Source: Gammaproteobacteria bacterium
GTDB taxonomy: Bacteria > Pseudomonadota > Gammaproteobacteria > SURF-13
Assembly: GCA_030680605.1 (NCBI GenBank)
Contig: JAUXUQ010000012.1
Location: 22,339 to 86,338 of the forward strand
DNA: 64,000 bases
Reading direction: 5' to 3'
The position numbers and the translations under genes are program-made. The notes under the pieces were generated by a model. It was given only the letters and a program-made list of their open reading frames with translations. It had not been told where the DNA came from and did not search any database. Position 1 is the stretch's first letter, and each line of letters starts with the position of its first letter. Positions 23,475 to 36,398 of the stretch are shown one piece after another.

Positions 23475-25442
23475 GTGAATAATAAAAACCTCGAATCCAC
23501 CCTGCACGAACTGCGGCAGTTTGCGCCGCCGCCCGCATTCTCTGCCCACGCACGCATTCCCAGCATGCAGGCGCTGCAAACCCTGCATCAGCAAGCTGCG
23601 CAGGATCATGAACAATTCTGGGCCGGGCTGGCGCGCAGTGAAATCAGCTGGCAAAAACCCTTCACCCACATCCTCGACAACAGCACACCACCGCATTACC
23701 GCTGGTTTGACGACGGTCGGCTCAATGTCTCCTATAACTGTCTGGATAAACATCTCAAGAACAAGGCGCAAAAAACCGCCATCCTGTTTGAAGGCGAGCA
23801 AGGCGATATCCGCCGCCTGAGTTACGCCGAACTGCACCGCGACGTCTGCTGTCTCGCCAATGCGCTCAAGGCCAAAGGCATCGAAAAAGGCGACCGCGTG
23901 GTCATCTACATGCCCATGGTGCCCGAGGCCGTCGTCGCCATGCAGGCCTGCGCCCGCATCGGCGCCATCCACTCCGTGGTGTTCGGCGGTTTCTCCTCCC
24001 AATCCCTGAAGGACCGCATCGAAGACGCGGGCGCAAAGCTGCTCATCACCGCCGACGGTGGCACCCGTGGCGGCAAGATCATCGAGCTCAAGGCCGCCGC
24101 CGATCAGGCGCTGGCCAACGGCTGCGCCAGCATTGAAACCGTCATCGTGTTAAAGCGCAGCGGGCAGGAGATCGCCATGCAGCCGGGGCGCGACGTGTGG
24201 TGGGATGATGCCACCGCCAACGTGGCCGACCAGTGCGACCCGGTGTGGGTGGAGAGCGAGCACCCGCTGTTTCTGCTCTACACCTCCGGCTCCACCGGCA
24301 AACCCAAAGGCATTCAGCATTCCAGCGCCGGTTATCTGCTCGGCGCCACCGTCACCATGCAATGGGTGTTCGACATCCGCGACGACGACGTCTTCTGGTG
24401 CACCGCCGATGTCGGCTGGGTCACCGGCCACACTTACGTCGCCTACGGCCCGCTGGCGACTGGCGCCACCATGTTCATGTACGAAGGCGCGCCAACCATC
24501 CCCGACGCGGGCCGCTTCTGGGACATCTGCCAACGCCACGGCGTCACCATTTTTTACACCGCACCCACCGCGATCCGCGGCCTGATGAAGCTGGGCGACG
24601 AGCTACCCGCCAAATATGATTTATCCAAACTGCGTCTGCTCGGCACGGTGGGCGAGCCCATCAACCCCGAGGCATGGATGTGGTATCACCAGCACATCGG
24701 CCATGAGCGCTGCCCCATCACCGACACCTGGTGGCAAACCGAAACCGGCGCGCACATGATCGCGCCCATTCCTGGCGCCGTGCCCACCAAACCCGGCTCC
24801 TGCACCCTGCCGCTGCCCGGCATCGCGATGGACATCGTCGACGAAGAAGGCAACAGCATCAGCGCCGCCCATCAGGGTGGCTATCTCGTCATCACCAAAC
24901 CGTGGCCGTTCATGCTGCGCGGCATCTGGGGTGATGAACAGCGCTACCTCGACACCTACTGGAAGAAATTCAACAACAAGTACTACGTCGCGGGCGACAC
25001 CGCGCACAAAGACGAAGACGGCTACTTCTGGATCATGGGCCGCGCCGACGACGTGCTCAAGGTCTCCGGCCACCGCCTCGGCACCATGGAAATCGAATCG
25101 GCGCTGGTCGCCCACCCGCGCGTCGCCGAAGCCGCCGTGGTCGGCCGACCTGATGACATCAAAGGCGAAGGCGTGTTTGCCTATGTGGTGTTAAAAGGCG
25201 CCCGCCCGGCAGGTGGCATAGACGAAGCCCTCACCAAGGAACTGCGCGCCTGGGTCACGGAACAGATCGGCCCCATCGCCCGCCCCGACGACATCCGCTA
25301 CGCCGACAACCTGCCCAAGACCCGCTCCGGAAAAATCATGCGCCGCCTGCTGCGCTCCATCGCCGCCGGCGAAGCCATCACGCAGGACACCTCGACGCTG
25401 GAAAATGAAGGTATATTGTTGCAGTTGCAGGGGAAGGCGTAG
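23475..25442 (+). CDS. acs: Acetyl-CoA synthetase
   Basis: [38 protein letters not shown]. Confidence 0.96.
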   Translation: MNNKNLESTLHELRQFAPPPAFSAHARIPSMQALQTLHQQAAQDHEQFWAGLARSEISWQKPFTHILDNSTPPHYRWFDDGRLNVSYNCLDKHLKNKAQKTAILFEGEQGDIRRLSYAELHRDVCCLANALKAKGIEKGDRVVIYMPMVPEAVVAMQACARIGAIHSVVFGGFSSQSLKDRIEDAGAKLLITADGGTRGGKIIELKAAADQALANGCASIETVIVLKRSGQEIAMQPGRDVWWDDATANVADQCDPVWVESEHPLFLLYTSGSTGKPKGIQHSSAGYLLGATVTMQWVFDIRDDDVFWCTADVGWVTGHTYVAYGPLATGATMFMYEGAPTIPDAGRFWDICQRHGVTIFYTAPTAIRGLMKLGDELPAKYDLSKLRLLGTVGEPINPEAWMWYHQHIGHERCPITDTWWQTETGAHMIAPIPGAVPTKPGSCTLPLPGIAMDIVDEEGNSISAAHQGGYLVITKPWPFMLRGIWGDEQRYLDTYWKKFNNKYYVAGDTAHKDEDGYFWIMGRADDVLKVSGHRLGTMEIESALVAHPRVAEAAVVGRPDDIKGEGVFAYVVLKGARPAGGIDEALTKELRAWVTEQIGPIARPDDIRYADNLPKTRSGKIMRRLLRSIAAGEAITQDTSTLENEGILLQLQGKA

Positions 25443-25524
25443 TGATCGATGCAATTAATCACGTCATTTATGACGGCTATTTCTAGCCAGATATCCACCC
25501 AGACCCGCAGCTCATCACACTCAC

Positions 25525-26217
25525 ATGTCATCGTCACCCCAGCCACACGAGCTCTATCTTCAGCAAATGGTCGAAACCAAGCGCCGACTCCGTGCCGTTG
25601 ATCGAATTCTCGGCGCTAAGAAGCCGCTCACGCGGAACGAAGAAGTCGACAACGAGTGTGCGTTTCTCCAAGTTCGGAGAATCATCGAACTCATCACCTT
25701 CTCCGCTATAGTGTCCGACGAGCAGCGCTATCAACGGTCTCGCAAGCTAGACGCTGAAAAAAATCCGAGAGACAAGGGCGACTACACCCTTGACTGGAAT
25801 GCCGCAGACATTCTCGTCCGCCTCTCCAAGATCAGTCCTCACTTTTTACCCCGCCCTCTTGGTCCAATGACAGCGCAACCAGACGGAACCAAGCACTTCA
25901 GCGAAGCCGCAGCTAAGCTCACGCACGACCGACTGATCGGTATCTACCAGACCGCCGGTGGATTTGCTCACACGCCCAACCCGTACAAGCCGAACGGAGC
26001 GGAGCTGGAAAGGAAGAAGAGAGAAACGGCACGAATAGTTCTGAAAAAAGAGCTTGCCTACCTGAAGTCAGTCATATGGGAGCACGCAAAGATTGGGCTC
26101 GCCTGGAAACCTGGTGCTGATCCGACACAACCCGAAGACAGCGAGACTGCCTGGCTGATTTGGTTCGGAAACAAAGACACCGATCACGTTCGCATGTCGC
26201 TGGCAACCGCCATATGA
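25525..26217 (+). CDS. Hypothetical protein, compositionally atypical
   Basis: 230-aa ORF filling the acs-Sel1 gap; more A/T-ending codons than its neighbours; no recognised family. Confidence 0.7.
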   Translation: MSSSPQPHELYLQQMVETKRRLRAVDRILGAKKPLTRNEEVDNECAFLQVRRIIELITFSAIVSDEQRYQRSRKLDAEKNPRDKGDYTLDWNAADILVRLSKISPHFLPRPLGPMTAQPDGTKHFSEAAAKLTHDRLIGIYQTAGGFAHTPNPYKPNGAELERKKRETARIVLKKELAYLKSVIWEHAKIGLAWKPGADPTQPEDSETAWLIWFGNKDTDHVRMSLATAI

Positions 26218-26290
26218 GCACGGTAGATCGTAATAGCGCAGCGCATTGGCCGCATATAGCATTAGACGTACATTCAATAGGAGACAACAC

Positions 26291-26725
26291 ATGCTTCATC
26301 GGACAACATTCCTCTGGCTAACCGCAGCATGGCTGCTGATATGCACGCCACTGGCATACGCGGAAAAAATACAGCCCATCGCCAATGAAGAACAGGGCGT
26401 TTTGTTGTCGCCCGGCATGGCGGAGCTGATGGAAGAGGCGAACACCGGTGATGCCGACGCCGCCAGAATCGTGGGCGTGCAATATGAAATGGGCCTCAGC
26501 GTGGTGCAGAACTATGACAAGGCGCTGGAGTGGTATCTCAAGGCGGTGGAACTGGGAGACGTCGAGGCCTTGTACCATATTGGTCTCATGCACGAAGGCG
26601 GCGCGGGGCGCCCCAGAGACAACACCGAAGCGCTGCGCTGGTACAAAAAGGCGGCAGCCAAGGGCCACAGCGGCGCGCAGACGCGCATCAAGATCATCAA
26701 CGAATCCACGGCACCCTCTCCCTAA
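26291..26725 (+). CDS. Exported Sel1-repeat protein
   Basis: Signal peptide, two SLR motifs (KALEWYLKAVELGD, EALRWYKKAAAKGH); RBS AGGAG. Confidence 0.85.
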   Translation: MLHRTTFLWLTAAWLLICTPLAYAEKIQPIANEEQGVLLSPGMAELMEEANTGDADAARIVGVQYEMGLSVVQNYDKALEWYLKAVELGDVEALYHIGLMHEGGAGRPRDNTEALRWYKKAAAKGHSGAQTRIKIINESTAPSP

Positions 26726-26755
26726 ACACCACGTCTTTGCTTGTAGAATGCACCG

Positions 26756-27775
26756 ATGATGAATGATCGGCGCAATTTTGCGGCGGGCGGTTTCAAGCCG
26801 GCCTGGTGGTTACGCAACGCCCATCTGCAGACACTGTGGGCCAGCGTGCTGCGACGCGCACCCCGGCCCGCGCTACGACGCGAACGCCTGGAATTGCCGG
26901 ACGGTGATTTTCTTGACCTCGACTGGACGACTGGTACGTCCGGGCCAATAGTGATTCTTCTGCACGGCCTGCAAGGCTCCAGCAACTCCAATTATGCACG
27001 CGGCCTGTTACAGGCCTTGCACCGGCGCGGCTGGCGCGCCGTGCTGATGCACTTTCGCGGTTGCAGTGGCGAACCAAACCGGCTGGCGCGCTTTTACCAT
27101 GCAGGCGATACGGGCGACTTCACTACGCTGGTCAATCTGTTGCGCGCCCGCGAACCGGAAACCCCGCTGGCTGCTATCGGCTGTTCGCTGGGCGGCAATG
27201 TGCTCCTGAAGTGGCTGGGTGAACAAGGCAGTCAGGCACCGCTGGTTTGTGCGGCGGCGGTGTCGGTGCCGTTTGATCTCGCACGTTCGGTTGACCACAT
27301 CAACCAGGGTTGGTCATGCATCTACCAGTATTGGCTGACACGCTGTTTGCGCATTGCGGCACACCGAAAATTCAGCCGCCTGCCCTCGCCATTGGGCACC
27401 AACCTTGGAAAGCTGCATACGCTGCGCGCCTATGACAGTGCAGTGACCGCGCCGTTACACGGCTTTGCCAGTGTGGAGGCGTATTACGCGCAATCGAGCT
27501 GCCACCCCTATCTCACGCATATCCGCATACCCACACTGCTGGCACAGGCGCAGGACGACCCCTTTCTGCCCGCAACGGCTCTCCCCACGTCGGACGCACT
27601 CTCCGCCAGCATCTGCCTTGAGTTGCACCGCCACGGTGGACACATAGGCTTTATCAGCGGTACTCTGCCTTGGGCGCTGAACTACTGGCTGGAGCAGCGC
27701 ATCCCTGACTATATCGCCGCTGCCCTCGCAACGACCGCAGCGGACAACCACAGGCGGACGACAGCAGGCGTATAA
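26756..27775 (+). CDS. YheT-like alpha/beta hydrolase
   Basis: NAHLQT, LHGLQGS, GCSLGG nucleophile elbow, DDPF, GGHIGF. Confidence 0.9.
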   Translation: MMNDRRNFAAGGFKPAWWLRNAHLQTLWASVLRRAPRPALRRERLELPDGDFLDLDWTTGTSGPIVILLHGLQGSSNSNYARGLLQALHRRGWRAVLMHFRGCSGEPNRLARFYHAGDTGDFTTLVNLLRAREPETPLAAIGCSLGGNVLLKWLGEQGSQAPLVCAAAVSVPFDLARSVDHINQGWSCIYQYWLTRCLRIAAHRKFSRLPSPLGTNLGKLHTLRAYDSAVTAPLHGFASVEAYYAQSSCHPYLTHIRIPTLLAQAQDDPFLPATALPTSDALSASICLELHRHGGHIGFISGTLPWALNYWLEQRIPDYIAAALATTAADNHRRTTAGV

Positions 27776-27778
27776 CTC

Positions 27779-28411
27779 ATGGATATCGACGGCATACTGC
27801 TCGCCAAACTGTTTGTCTCGCTCATCGTGGTGCTTGCGCCGGTCGATGTCATCCCGCTGTACTTGTCACTCACCCATGAGCTGGATGCGCAACAGCGGCG
27901 GCGCGTGCTGCGGCGCATGATCATTACCGTGGTGATCACGCTGCTGGCCTTCCAGTACACGGGCATGTACCTGTTCAACTTCATCGGCATCAGCCTGCCG
28001 AGTTTTCAGGTGGCCGGTGGCCTGATTCTCGCCTCCATGGCGTGGTCGATGCTGCACGCCCTGCCCTCGCGCATTCAGAGCACGCAGGCAGGGGGGGCGG
28101 ACGCCACCCCGCGCGAGGATGTTTCCGTGGTGCCGCTCGGCATCCCGATGCTTGCCGGGCCCGGCACCATTACCACGGTGATCCTCTATGCCCAGCAACA
28201 GCACGGAAGTATCTCGGGCCACCTGCAGTTGAGCGGCGTCATTCTGCTCACGGCGGCGGCGCTCTATGCCTTGTTCAGCCTGGCACGACCCCTGTTCAAC
28301 GCGCTCGGCCCCACCGGCGTGCGCATCACCACCCGCCTCATGGGCATGCTGCTGCTCGCGGTGGCCATGGAATTTATTCTGCGCGGGGTGACTGCGGTAC
28401 TTGCCCGCTAG
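27779..28411 (+). CDS. MarC-family membrane protein
   Basis: FQVAGGLIL, VPLGIPMLAGPG, TRLMGMLL. Confidence 0.92.
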   Translation: MDIDGILLAKLFVSLIVVLAPVDVIPLYLSLTHELDAQQRRRVLRRMIITVVITLLAFQYTGMYLFNFIGISLPSFQVAGGLILASMAWSMLHALPSRIQSTQAGGADATPREDVSVVPLGIPMLAGPGTITTVILYAQQQHGSISGHLQLSGVILLTAAALYALFSLARPLFNALGPTGVRITTRLMGMLLLAVAMEFILRGVTAVLAR

Positions 28412-29250
28412 GGCGATGACAGGCGGGCGCCAACCTCTTCAACCTTGACCAGCACCCGATGCTGCTCATTGCGCAGCGCGCGCGTCGACGCGACAATTTC
28501 GCTCGCGCTCGAACCCTGCTCCTGTACCGCACCACCGATGTCTATCCACTCGCCCAGCTTGCCCGAGACAGTGGTATGCATCTGCGCGATATCAATGCTG
28601 CCGCCGCCTTGCGCCGAGGGCGTGGCACGTTGCGGAGCAATCTCCAGTGTGACCACGTCGCCGCTCACGCGCGGCAGCACGCTAAAACCTGTGGTCACAT
28701 CCTTGTAGGTGATGCTGCTGTACAACCGCGGGTCTATGCCACTGCCCTCGACGCTGCGCTCGACTACCGGGACAGACTGGCCGATTTCAATAAAGGCGGG
28801 GTTGCCTTCGAGCACCTGTATCTGCTGCGTGTTTTTGTCGTGCACCAGGCTGTCACTGTGAATGATACGAACCTCGGCGCCATCACGCGGTGCCGGTGCA
28901 CGGTGGGTGCTGATGCGCACATCGCCACTTTTTATACTGCCACGCAGTGATGCCTCGCTGTCGGCCTGATCGCTGCGGCCATCCTGCCTGACCGTGATCA
29001 GCAGGCGGCGTTGGGCGACATCGAGGGTCTTCAGCATTTGCCTGATCTGCGCCAGATTCTCCGGCGTGGTGCGCACGATCAACTGATTGTTATGGCCGCT
29101 CAGCGCGCCGTCCTTGTCGATGAACGGCTTGACCAGCGCGACGGCCTGCTCCGCCGTGAGGTGTCGAAGCGGTATAATCTCCAGCGTCGGCTCGGCAGCC
29201 AACACCGGTTGCATCAGCACACACAGGATAATGAATCGGATAATCGTCAT
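28408..29250 (-). CDS. Small secretin-N-domain-containing exported protein
   Basis: Signal peptide, IIPLRH..NNQLIVRTTPENLAQIRQMLKTLD (secretin N), beta-rich C-half (GFSVLPRVSGD.VTLEI). Confidence 0.75.
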   Translation of the reverse strand: MTIIRFIILCVLMQPVLAAEPTLEIIPLRHLTAEQAVALVKPFIDKDGALSGHNNQLIVRTTPENLAQIRQMLKTLDVAQRRLLITVRQDGRSDQADSEASLRGSIKSGDVRISTHRAPAPRDGAEVRIIHSDSLVHDKNTQQIQVLEGNPAFIEIGQSVPVVERSVEGSGIDPRLYSSITYKDVTTGFSVLPRVSGDVVTLEIAPQRATPSAQGGGSIDIAQMHTTVSGKLGEWIDIGGAVQEQGSSASEIVASTRALRNEQHRVLVKVEEVGARLSSP

Positions 29251-29251
29251 A

Positions 29252-29791
29252 TCAGATGTACAGCCTGCGTAATTCGGGATCGGACTCGCTTCTGTCCCAC
29301 ATCTCGTCAAAAATTTTCACCATCGCCACGGCCTCCAATGGGGCATTGAAATTCACTACGCCATCGTAACGCTCACTTGTCTTGCGGTGCAGCAGCCCCA
29401 GCTTATCCACCACGAGAAAGTCCTCGTTCAAGGCCTGATGCTCACGTCCCGGTTTGCGCATCTGCATGGTACTGCTCAACTGCTGCGCAAGCTGCACCAG
29501 ACGGTGACCACTTTTGATAATGCCTTCGGTATTCTGCACCAGAATGCGAATCCGGGAGTAGCGGCTGCGGGTGGCAAGCCCGCGCACAGCCGTTATAAAT
29601 GCGGTGGTGTCATACACCGTGTGGTCGAGATCACGGCTGAAGATATGCAAACAGCGCTTGCCCTGCCGGACCAGTGAAGTGGCTGCCATGCGGTTGTCGG
29701 CGCGGGTGGCAATCTGCACCGGTTCGGAATCCTTGCCGAGCTGCATGTGTTCCAGGGTGTATTCTCCCGTCATCACGCCAACCTCAGTCAT
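29252..29791 (-). CDS. Conserved hypothetical protein, possibly PLD-like fold
   Basis: IFSRDLD..RIRILV..FLVVD..FDEMW; directly downstream of purB. Confidence 0.65.
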   Translation of the reverse strand: MTEVGVMTGEYTLEHMQLGKDSEPVQIATRADNRMAATSLVRQGKRCLHIFSRDLDHTVYDTTAFITAVRGLATRSRYSRIRILVQNTEGIIKSGHRLVQLAQQLSSTMQMRKPGREHQALNEDFLVVDKLGLLHRKTSERYDGVVNFNAPLEAVAMVKIFDEMWDRSESDPELRRLYI

Positions 29792-29800
29792 CCAGCGTAG

Positions 29801-31195
<1,395 letters not shown>

Positions 31196-31213
31196 TTAAT
31201 CATAGCCTTTCCT

Positions 31214-31843
31214 ATGACCAAGACGGCCCGCACATTGAAAAAACTGCTCACGGAGGTACGCGCCTGCCGCGCCTGCGAGCTGCACCTGCCGCTGGGACCG
31301 AAGCCGGTCATCCGCGCCAGCCACACCGCACGGTTATTGATTGTGGGTCAGGCCCCGGGCACACGGGTGCACGCCAGCGGGCTGTCATGGAACGACCCCA
31401 GCGGCGACCGGCTGCGTGACTGGATGGCGATAGACCGGGATATCTTTTACGACGAGGCCCGCATTGCCATCCTGCCGATGGGATTCTGCTACCCGGGCAA
31501 AGGCGCGCGTGGCGACCTGCCACCCCGCGCGGAGTGTGCTGCGCTTTGGCGCGCCCCGCTGCACGCCGCGCTGCCGCAGATCGAGTTCACGCTGCTGATT
31601 GGCCAGTATGCGCAACGCTATTATCTGGGCAAGCGCAAGAAGGCCACACTGGCCGACACGGTGCATGCCTGGCGTGAGTATCTGCCGCACTACCTCCCGC
31701 TGCCTCACCCCAGCCCGCGCAATATTCTCTGGTTCAGACGCAACCCGTGGTTTGAGCGCGAGGTCGTACCTGCACTGCGCGCACAGGTGCGGGCTCGGCT
31801 TTTCCCCGGTACGGCTGTATCGGCACGTGCGCGAAAGCAGTAA
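31214..31843 (+). CDS. Uracil-DNA glycosylase family protein
   Basis: VRACRAC, IVGQAPG, WNDPSGDRLR, LPHPSPRN; 3' part of the 29909 ORF. Confidence 0.88.
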   Translation: MTKTARTLKKLLTEVRACRACELHLPLGPKPVIRASHTARLLIVGQAPGTRVHASGLSWNDPSGDRLRDWMAIDRDIFYDEARIAILPMGFCYPGKGARGDLPPRAECAALWRAPLHAALPQIEFTLLIGQYAQRYYLGKRKKATLADTVHAWREYLPHYLPLPHPSPRNILWFRRNPWFEREVVPALRAQVRARLFPGTAVSARARKQ

Positions 31844-31882
31844 AATAATGGTTTGCATCAAGCAATACACAGGAACCCCTAC

Positions 31883-34438
31883 GTGCTGAAAAATTACCGC
31901 CTTCATGTCGCCGAGCGCACCGCGCTCAATCTGCCGCCGCTCCCGCTCAACGCCCGACAGGTCGCGGAACTGGTCGAGCTGCTCAAATCGCCGCCCGCTG
32001 CTGAAGGCGAATTGCTGGTTGAGCTGCTGACGCAGCGCGTGCCGCCGGGTGTAGATCAGGCGGCCTATGTGAAGGCAGGGTTTCTCGCCGCGCTGGCGAA
32101 GGGTGAGGCAAGCTGCCCACTGATCGACCGCACGCAGGCCACAAAATTACTCGGCACCATGCTGGGCGGCTACAACATCCACCCGCTCATTGATCTGCTG
32201 GATGACAAGACGCTGGGCCCTGTCGCGGCAGAGGCGTTGGGGCAGACACTGCTGATTTTCGACGCCCACCACGATGTCGCCACCAAGGCCGAACACAATC
32301 CTCAGGCCAGGCGGGTGTTGCAGGCGTGGGCGGATGCCATCTGGTTTGCCCGACGCACGCCGCTGGCCGATGAAATCACTGTTACCGTTTTCAAGGTGCC
32401 GGGCGAGACCAACACCGATGACCTCTCGCCCGCGGCCGAGGCCTGGAGCCGCCCCGACATCCCGCTGCATGCCCGCAGCATGCTCAGCAGCAAAATGCCG
32501 GATGCACTGGAGACCATCGCCACGCTGAAAAAAAAGGGCCACCCGCTGGCCTATGTCGGCGACGTGGTCGGCACCGGTTCATCGCGCAAGTCCGCCATCA
32601 ACTCCGTGCTCTGGCACATGGGCCACGATATTCCCTGCGTACCGAACAAGCGTCAGGGCGGCGTGATTCTGGGCGGCAAGATCGCGCCCATCTTCTTCAA
32701 CACCGCCGAAGACTCCGGCGCATTGCCGATTGAATGCGATGTCGACGCACTCGACACCGGCGATGTCATCAAGATTTATCCGCGCGCCGGGCGCATCACC
32801 GACGAGCACGGCAAAGAGCTGGCGCGCTTTGAGTTGACGCCTGCCACCCTGCCCGACGAAGTACAGGCCGGCGGACGCATACCGCTCATCATCGGCCGCG
32901 CCCTCACTGACAAAACCCGGGAGCTGCTGGGCTTAAAGCCTTCCGCTGCCTTCATCCGCCCGCAGGCCGAAAAAGACAGCGGCAAGGGTTACACCCTGGC
33001 GCAGAAAATCGTTGGCCGCGCCTGTGGCGTGACGGGCATACGCCCCGGCACCTATTGTGAAGCGCGCATGACCACCGTCGGCTCGCAGGACACCACCGGC
33101 GCCATGACCCGTGACGAACTGAAGGAACTCGCCTGTCTGGGATTCTCCGCCGAACTGGTGATGCAGAGCTTTTGCCACACCGCGGCCTACCCGAAACCGG
33201 TGGACATCGAACTGCAGCACGACCTGCCCGACTTCATCCGCACCCGTGGCGGCGTGGTGCTGCGCCCCGGCGACGGCATCATCCACTCGTGGCTGAACCG
33301 CATGCTGCTGCCCGACACCGTCGGCACCGGCGGTGATTCGCACACCCGCTTCCCCATCGGCATCAGCTTTCCGGCCGGCTCCGGCCTGGTCGCCTTCGCC
33401 GCTGCGCTCGGCGTCATGCCCATCAATATGCCGGAGTCGGTGCTGGTGCGCTTCAAGGGCAAGATGCAGCCCGGCATTACCCTGCGCGATCTGGTGAATG
33501 CCGTGCCGTACGTCGCGCTGGAACAGGGCCTGCTCACGCTCGACAAGAAGGGCAAGAAAAACATCTTCTCCGGGCGCGTGATGGAAATCGAGGGCCTGCC
33601 CGATCTCAAGGTGGAACAGGCGTTTGAATTTGCCGACGCCTCGGCGGAGCGCTCCGCCAACGGCTGCACCGTGCGCCTCAACAAGGAACCGGTGATCGAA
33701 TACCTCTCCTCCAACGTCACCCTGCTGAAGTGGATGATTGCCAGCGGCTACGAAGACCGGCGCACGCTGGAGCGGCGCATTCAGGCCATGGAAGCCTGGC
33801 TCGCCAAGCCCGAGATGCTGGAAGCGGACAAGGACGCCGACTATGCCGCCGTGATCGACATCGACATGAACACCATCACCGAGCCGCTGCTGGCCTGCCC
33901 TAACGACCCGGACAACATCAAGCCGCTGTCAGCCGTGGCCGGTGACCCGGTGCATGAAGTCTTTATCGGCTCGTGCATGACCAACATCGGCCACTACCGC
34001 GCGGCGGGCAAGATTCTGGAAGACGGCGGCGAAGTGCCGGTGCGGCTGTGGGTGGTGCCACCCACGCGCATGGACGCCCACCAACTCACCGAAGAAGGCT
34101 ACTACGCCACCTTTGGCCGTGCCGGTGCGCGCACTGAAGTACCGGGCTGCTCGCTGTGCATGGGCAATCAGGCACGAGTCAAGGACGGCGCAACGGTGAT
34201 GTCCACCTCCACCCGCAACTTCCCCAACCGCATGGGCAAAGAGGCCAACGTCTACCTGGGCTCGGCGGAACTCTCCGCCGTCACCGCCAAGCTCGGACAC
34301 ATCCCGACCATGGAAGAATACATGACCTACACCCAGCGTATCGCGCCGCTGTCAGACAATATTTACCGCTACCTCAATTTCCATGAGATGGCGGAATATG
34401 CGGCGGTGGCGGGGAAAGAGGTGGCGGCTGGGACGTAA
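31883..34438 (+). CDS. acnB: Aconitate hydratase B
   Basis: [47 protein letters not shown]; GTG start. Confidence 0.96.
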   Translation: MLKNYRLHVAERTALNLPPLPLNARQVAELVELLKSPPAAEGELLVELLTQRVPPGVDQAAYVKAGFLAALAKGEASCPLIDRTQATKLLGTMLGGYNIHPLIDLLDDKTLGPVAAEALGQTLLIFDAHHDVATKAEHNPQARRVLQAWADAIWFARRTPLADEITVTVFKVPGETNTDDLSPAAEAWSRPDIPLHARSMLSSKMPDALETIATLKKKGHPLAYVGDVVGTGSSRKSAINSVLWHMGHDIPCVPNKRQGGVILGGKIAPIFFNTAEDSGALPIECDVDALDTGDVIKIYPRAGRITDEHGKELARFELTPATLPDEVQAGGRIPLIIGRALTDKTRELLGLKPSAAFIRPQAEKDSGKGYTLAQKIVGRACGVTGIRPGTYCEARMTTVGSQDTTGAMTRDELKELACLGFSAELVMQSFCHTAAYPKPVDIELQHDLPDFIRTRGGVVLRPGDGIIHSWLNRMLLPDTVGTGGDSHTRFPIGISFPAGSGLVAFAAALGVMPINMPESVLVRFKGKMQPGITLRDLVNAVPYVALEQGLLTLDKKGKKNIFSGRVMEIEGLPDLKVEQAFEFADASAERSANGCTVRLNKEPVIEYLSSNVTLLKWMIASGYEDRRTLERRIQAMEAWLAKPEMLEADKDADYAAVIDIDMNTITEPLLACPNDPDNIKPLSAVAGDPVHEVFIGSCMTNIGHYRAAGKILEDGGEVPVRLWVVPPTRMDAHQLTEEGYYATFGRAGARTEVPGCSLCMGNQARVKDGATVMSTSTRNFPNRMGKEANVYLGSAELSAVTAKLGHIPTMEEYMTYTQRIAPLSDNIYRYLNFHEMAEYAAVAGKEVAAGT

Positions 34439-34445
34439 TCATAGT

Positions 34446-34475
34446 GTCGGATCCGCTACGCTTGATCCGACCTAC
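34446..34475 (-). repeat. GTAG-type REP-like palindrome
   Basis: Reverse strand GTAGGTCGGATCAAGCGTAGCGGATCCGAC; 29/30 identical to 62033-62062. Confidence 0.85.
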
Positions 34476-34494
34476 TGCGATCATGTCTATCCAG

Positions 34495-34645
34495 GGAAGC
34501 TCTGAATAAGTCCGTCATGGACTTCTCAGAGCACGAAAAGCAAAAACGTGGTTTTTGCTTTTCTCCATGCTTCAAACACTTGCGTGCTTGAAACAGGGCG
34601 GTGCATCCCTGCACCGCAGGAACCTCTGACTTAATCAGAGGTTCC
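34495..34645. mobile_element. MITE with IS5-like ends
   Basis: Terminal IRs GGAAGCTCTGAATAA / TTAATCAGAGGTTCC (13/15), flanks CCAG and CTAG, no transposase, internal hairpins. Confidence 0.75.
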
Positions 34646-34662
34646 CTAGTGTTAACCCAACA

Positions 34663-35304
34663 TCAGTTGGGTGGATTTTCTTCCCGCGACTGCAACAGCG
34701 CCGTTACCTCGCGTGCCATGGCGCCACGTCCAAACACCAACTGCCAGCGTCTGCCGCCGACCTGGTGCCACAGCCACGCCGAGCGGATGGCGGCGAGCAG
34801 CAGCGCGCGCACCTTGTTGGCGGTTTCCGGGTTGGACAGATAGCCCTCTTCGCCCTGCACGATGATGCGGGGCGCGAGGGTGCTGATGGTATCGCTGTAG
34901 ATGGCCGCCAGTTGCGCGATGACTTCCGGATGGGTAATCGCCATCGTCTCGCGCTTTTGCTGCGTGGCCTCAATCGCCACGCCGATACCGCTCAGCATTT
35001 CCGGCTGCCTGGCCAGTTGCCGCTCCAGATGCATCACGCTGACCACATAGCGTGCGAGCTCGAGATCACGCGGCACCGCACCCTTGTCGAGTTGCTCCTG
35101 CAAGGTGCGCAGCCCGAGCCGCAGCGCCTGCGTGCCGCCATACACCGCCGCCGTAGTGTCGGCATTGACGTTGACGATGCTGACCAGACAGGCTTCCAGC
35201 GCCTCATTATCGACCATGTTTTTGCGCGCTGCCTGCTGCACCAGACGGCAGGCCTGAAAAATGCCGGCCAACGCCAGCACACGGTCTTTATAGGTAAATA
35301 TCAT
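34663..35304 (-). CDS. hflD: High frequency lysogenization protein
   Basis: [47 protein letters not shown]; follows mnmA. Confidence 0.93.
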   Translation of the reverse strand: MIFTYKDRVLALAGIFQACRLVQQAARKNMVDNEALEACLVSIVNVNADTTAAVYGGTQALRLGLRTLQEQLDKGAVPRDLELARYVVSVMHLERQLARQPEMLSGIGVAIEATQQKRETMAITHPEVIAQLAAIYSDTISTLAPRIIVQGEEGYLSNPETANKVRALLLAAIRSAWLWHQVGGRRWQLVFGRGAMAREVTALLQSREENPPN

Positions 35305-36398
35305 GCCACGCCCTCTTTCCAAATAGACTCTATCACGCCACCGCCCAGACAGTCTTCACCCTGATAAAACACCACCGACTGGCCGGGCGTGACCGCGCGT
35401 TGCGGCGCGTCAAACCGTACTTCACATGTACCATTTTCTGTGTGCGCAAGCGTACAGGGCTGATCCGCCTGCCGGTAACGGGTCTTGGCCATGCACGAAA
35501 GCGGCGTGGGTGGCGCACTGCCCGCCACCCAGCAGAGATCCTGCGCGGTCAGGCCCTGACTGTACAGCAGGGGATGGTCATGACCCTGCGTCACGATCAG
35601 CGTGTTGCTGGCCATGTCCTTGCTCACCACGTACCACGCCTCGCCGCTCATGGCCTGCTGCCCGCCGATGCCCAGACCCTGCCGCTGCCCCAGCGTGTAA
35701 TACATGAGGCCATCGTGTTTGCCGAGCAGATCGCCATCTGCGCTGCGTATCTCACCCGGCTGGGCGGGCAGATAGCGCGAGAGAAAGTTTTTGAAGTTGC
35801 GCTCGCCGATAAAGCAGATGCCGGTGCTGTCTTTCTTGGCGGCATTCACAAACCCCTGCTCGGCGGCAATGGCGCGCACCTCGGGCTTGGTCAACTCGCC
35901 GAGCGGAAACAGGGTGGCCGCCAACTGCTTCTGGCCCAGGGCATGTAAAAAATAACTCTGGTCCTTGTTGAGGTCGCAGGCCTTCAGTAAATGACTCTGG
36001 CCCCCGCGCCGGACGACACGCGCATAGTGGCCGGTGGCGATCATCTCCGCACCGAGTGCCAGCGCATGCTCGAGAAAACTCTTGAACTTGATCTCCTTGT
36101 TGCACAGCACATCGGGGTTGGGTGTGCGGCCGACGCGGTATTCCTCCAGAAAATAGCTGAACACGCGCTCCCAGTACTCGCCTGCGAAGTTTGCGGCATG
36201 CAGGGGGATGTCGAGCTTGGCGCACACCTCTTTCGCATCCTGAAAATCCTCTGCGGCGCTGCACTGTCCCTCGCTGTCATCGCCCTCCCAGTTTTTCATG
36301 AACAAGCCGTGCACTTCATAGCCCTGCTGCAACAACAGCCATGCGGCGACGGAGGAGTCTACGCCGCCTGAGATACCCACCATAACGCGCTTACTCAT
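35301..36398 (-). CDS. mnmA: tRNA 2-thiouridylase
   Basis: [35 protein letters not shown]. Confidence 0.97.
   Translation of the reverse strand: MSKRVMVGISGGVDSSVAAWLLLQQGYEVHGLFMKNWEGDDSEGQCSAAEDFQDAKEVCAKLDIPLHAANFAGEYWERVFSYFLEEYRVGRTPNPDVLCNKEIKFKSFLEHALALGAEMIATGHYARVVRRGGQSHLLKACDLNKDQSYFLHALGQKQLAATLFPLGELTKPEVRAIAAEQGFVNAAKKDSTGICFIGERNFKNFLSRYLPAQPGEIRSADGDLLGKHDGLMYYTLGQRQGLGIGGQQAMSGEAWYVVSKDMASNTLIVTQGHDHPLLYSQGLTAQDLCWVAGSAPPTPLSCMAKTRYRQADQPCTLAHTENGTCEVRFDAPQRAVTPGQSVVFYQGEDCLGGGVIESIWKEGVA

Noticed and set aside
25443-26290. Integron cassette
   Set aside because: No RYYYAAC/GTTRRRY attC structure and no integrase.
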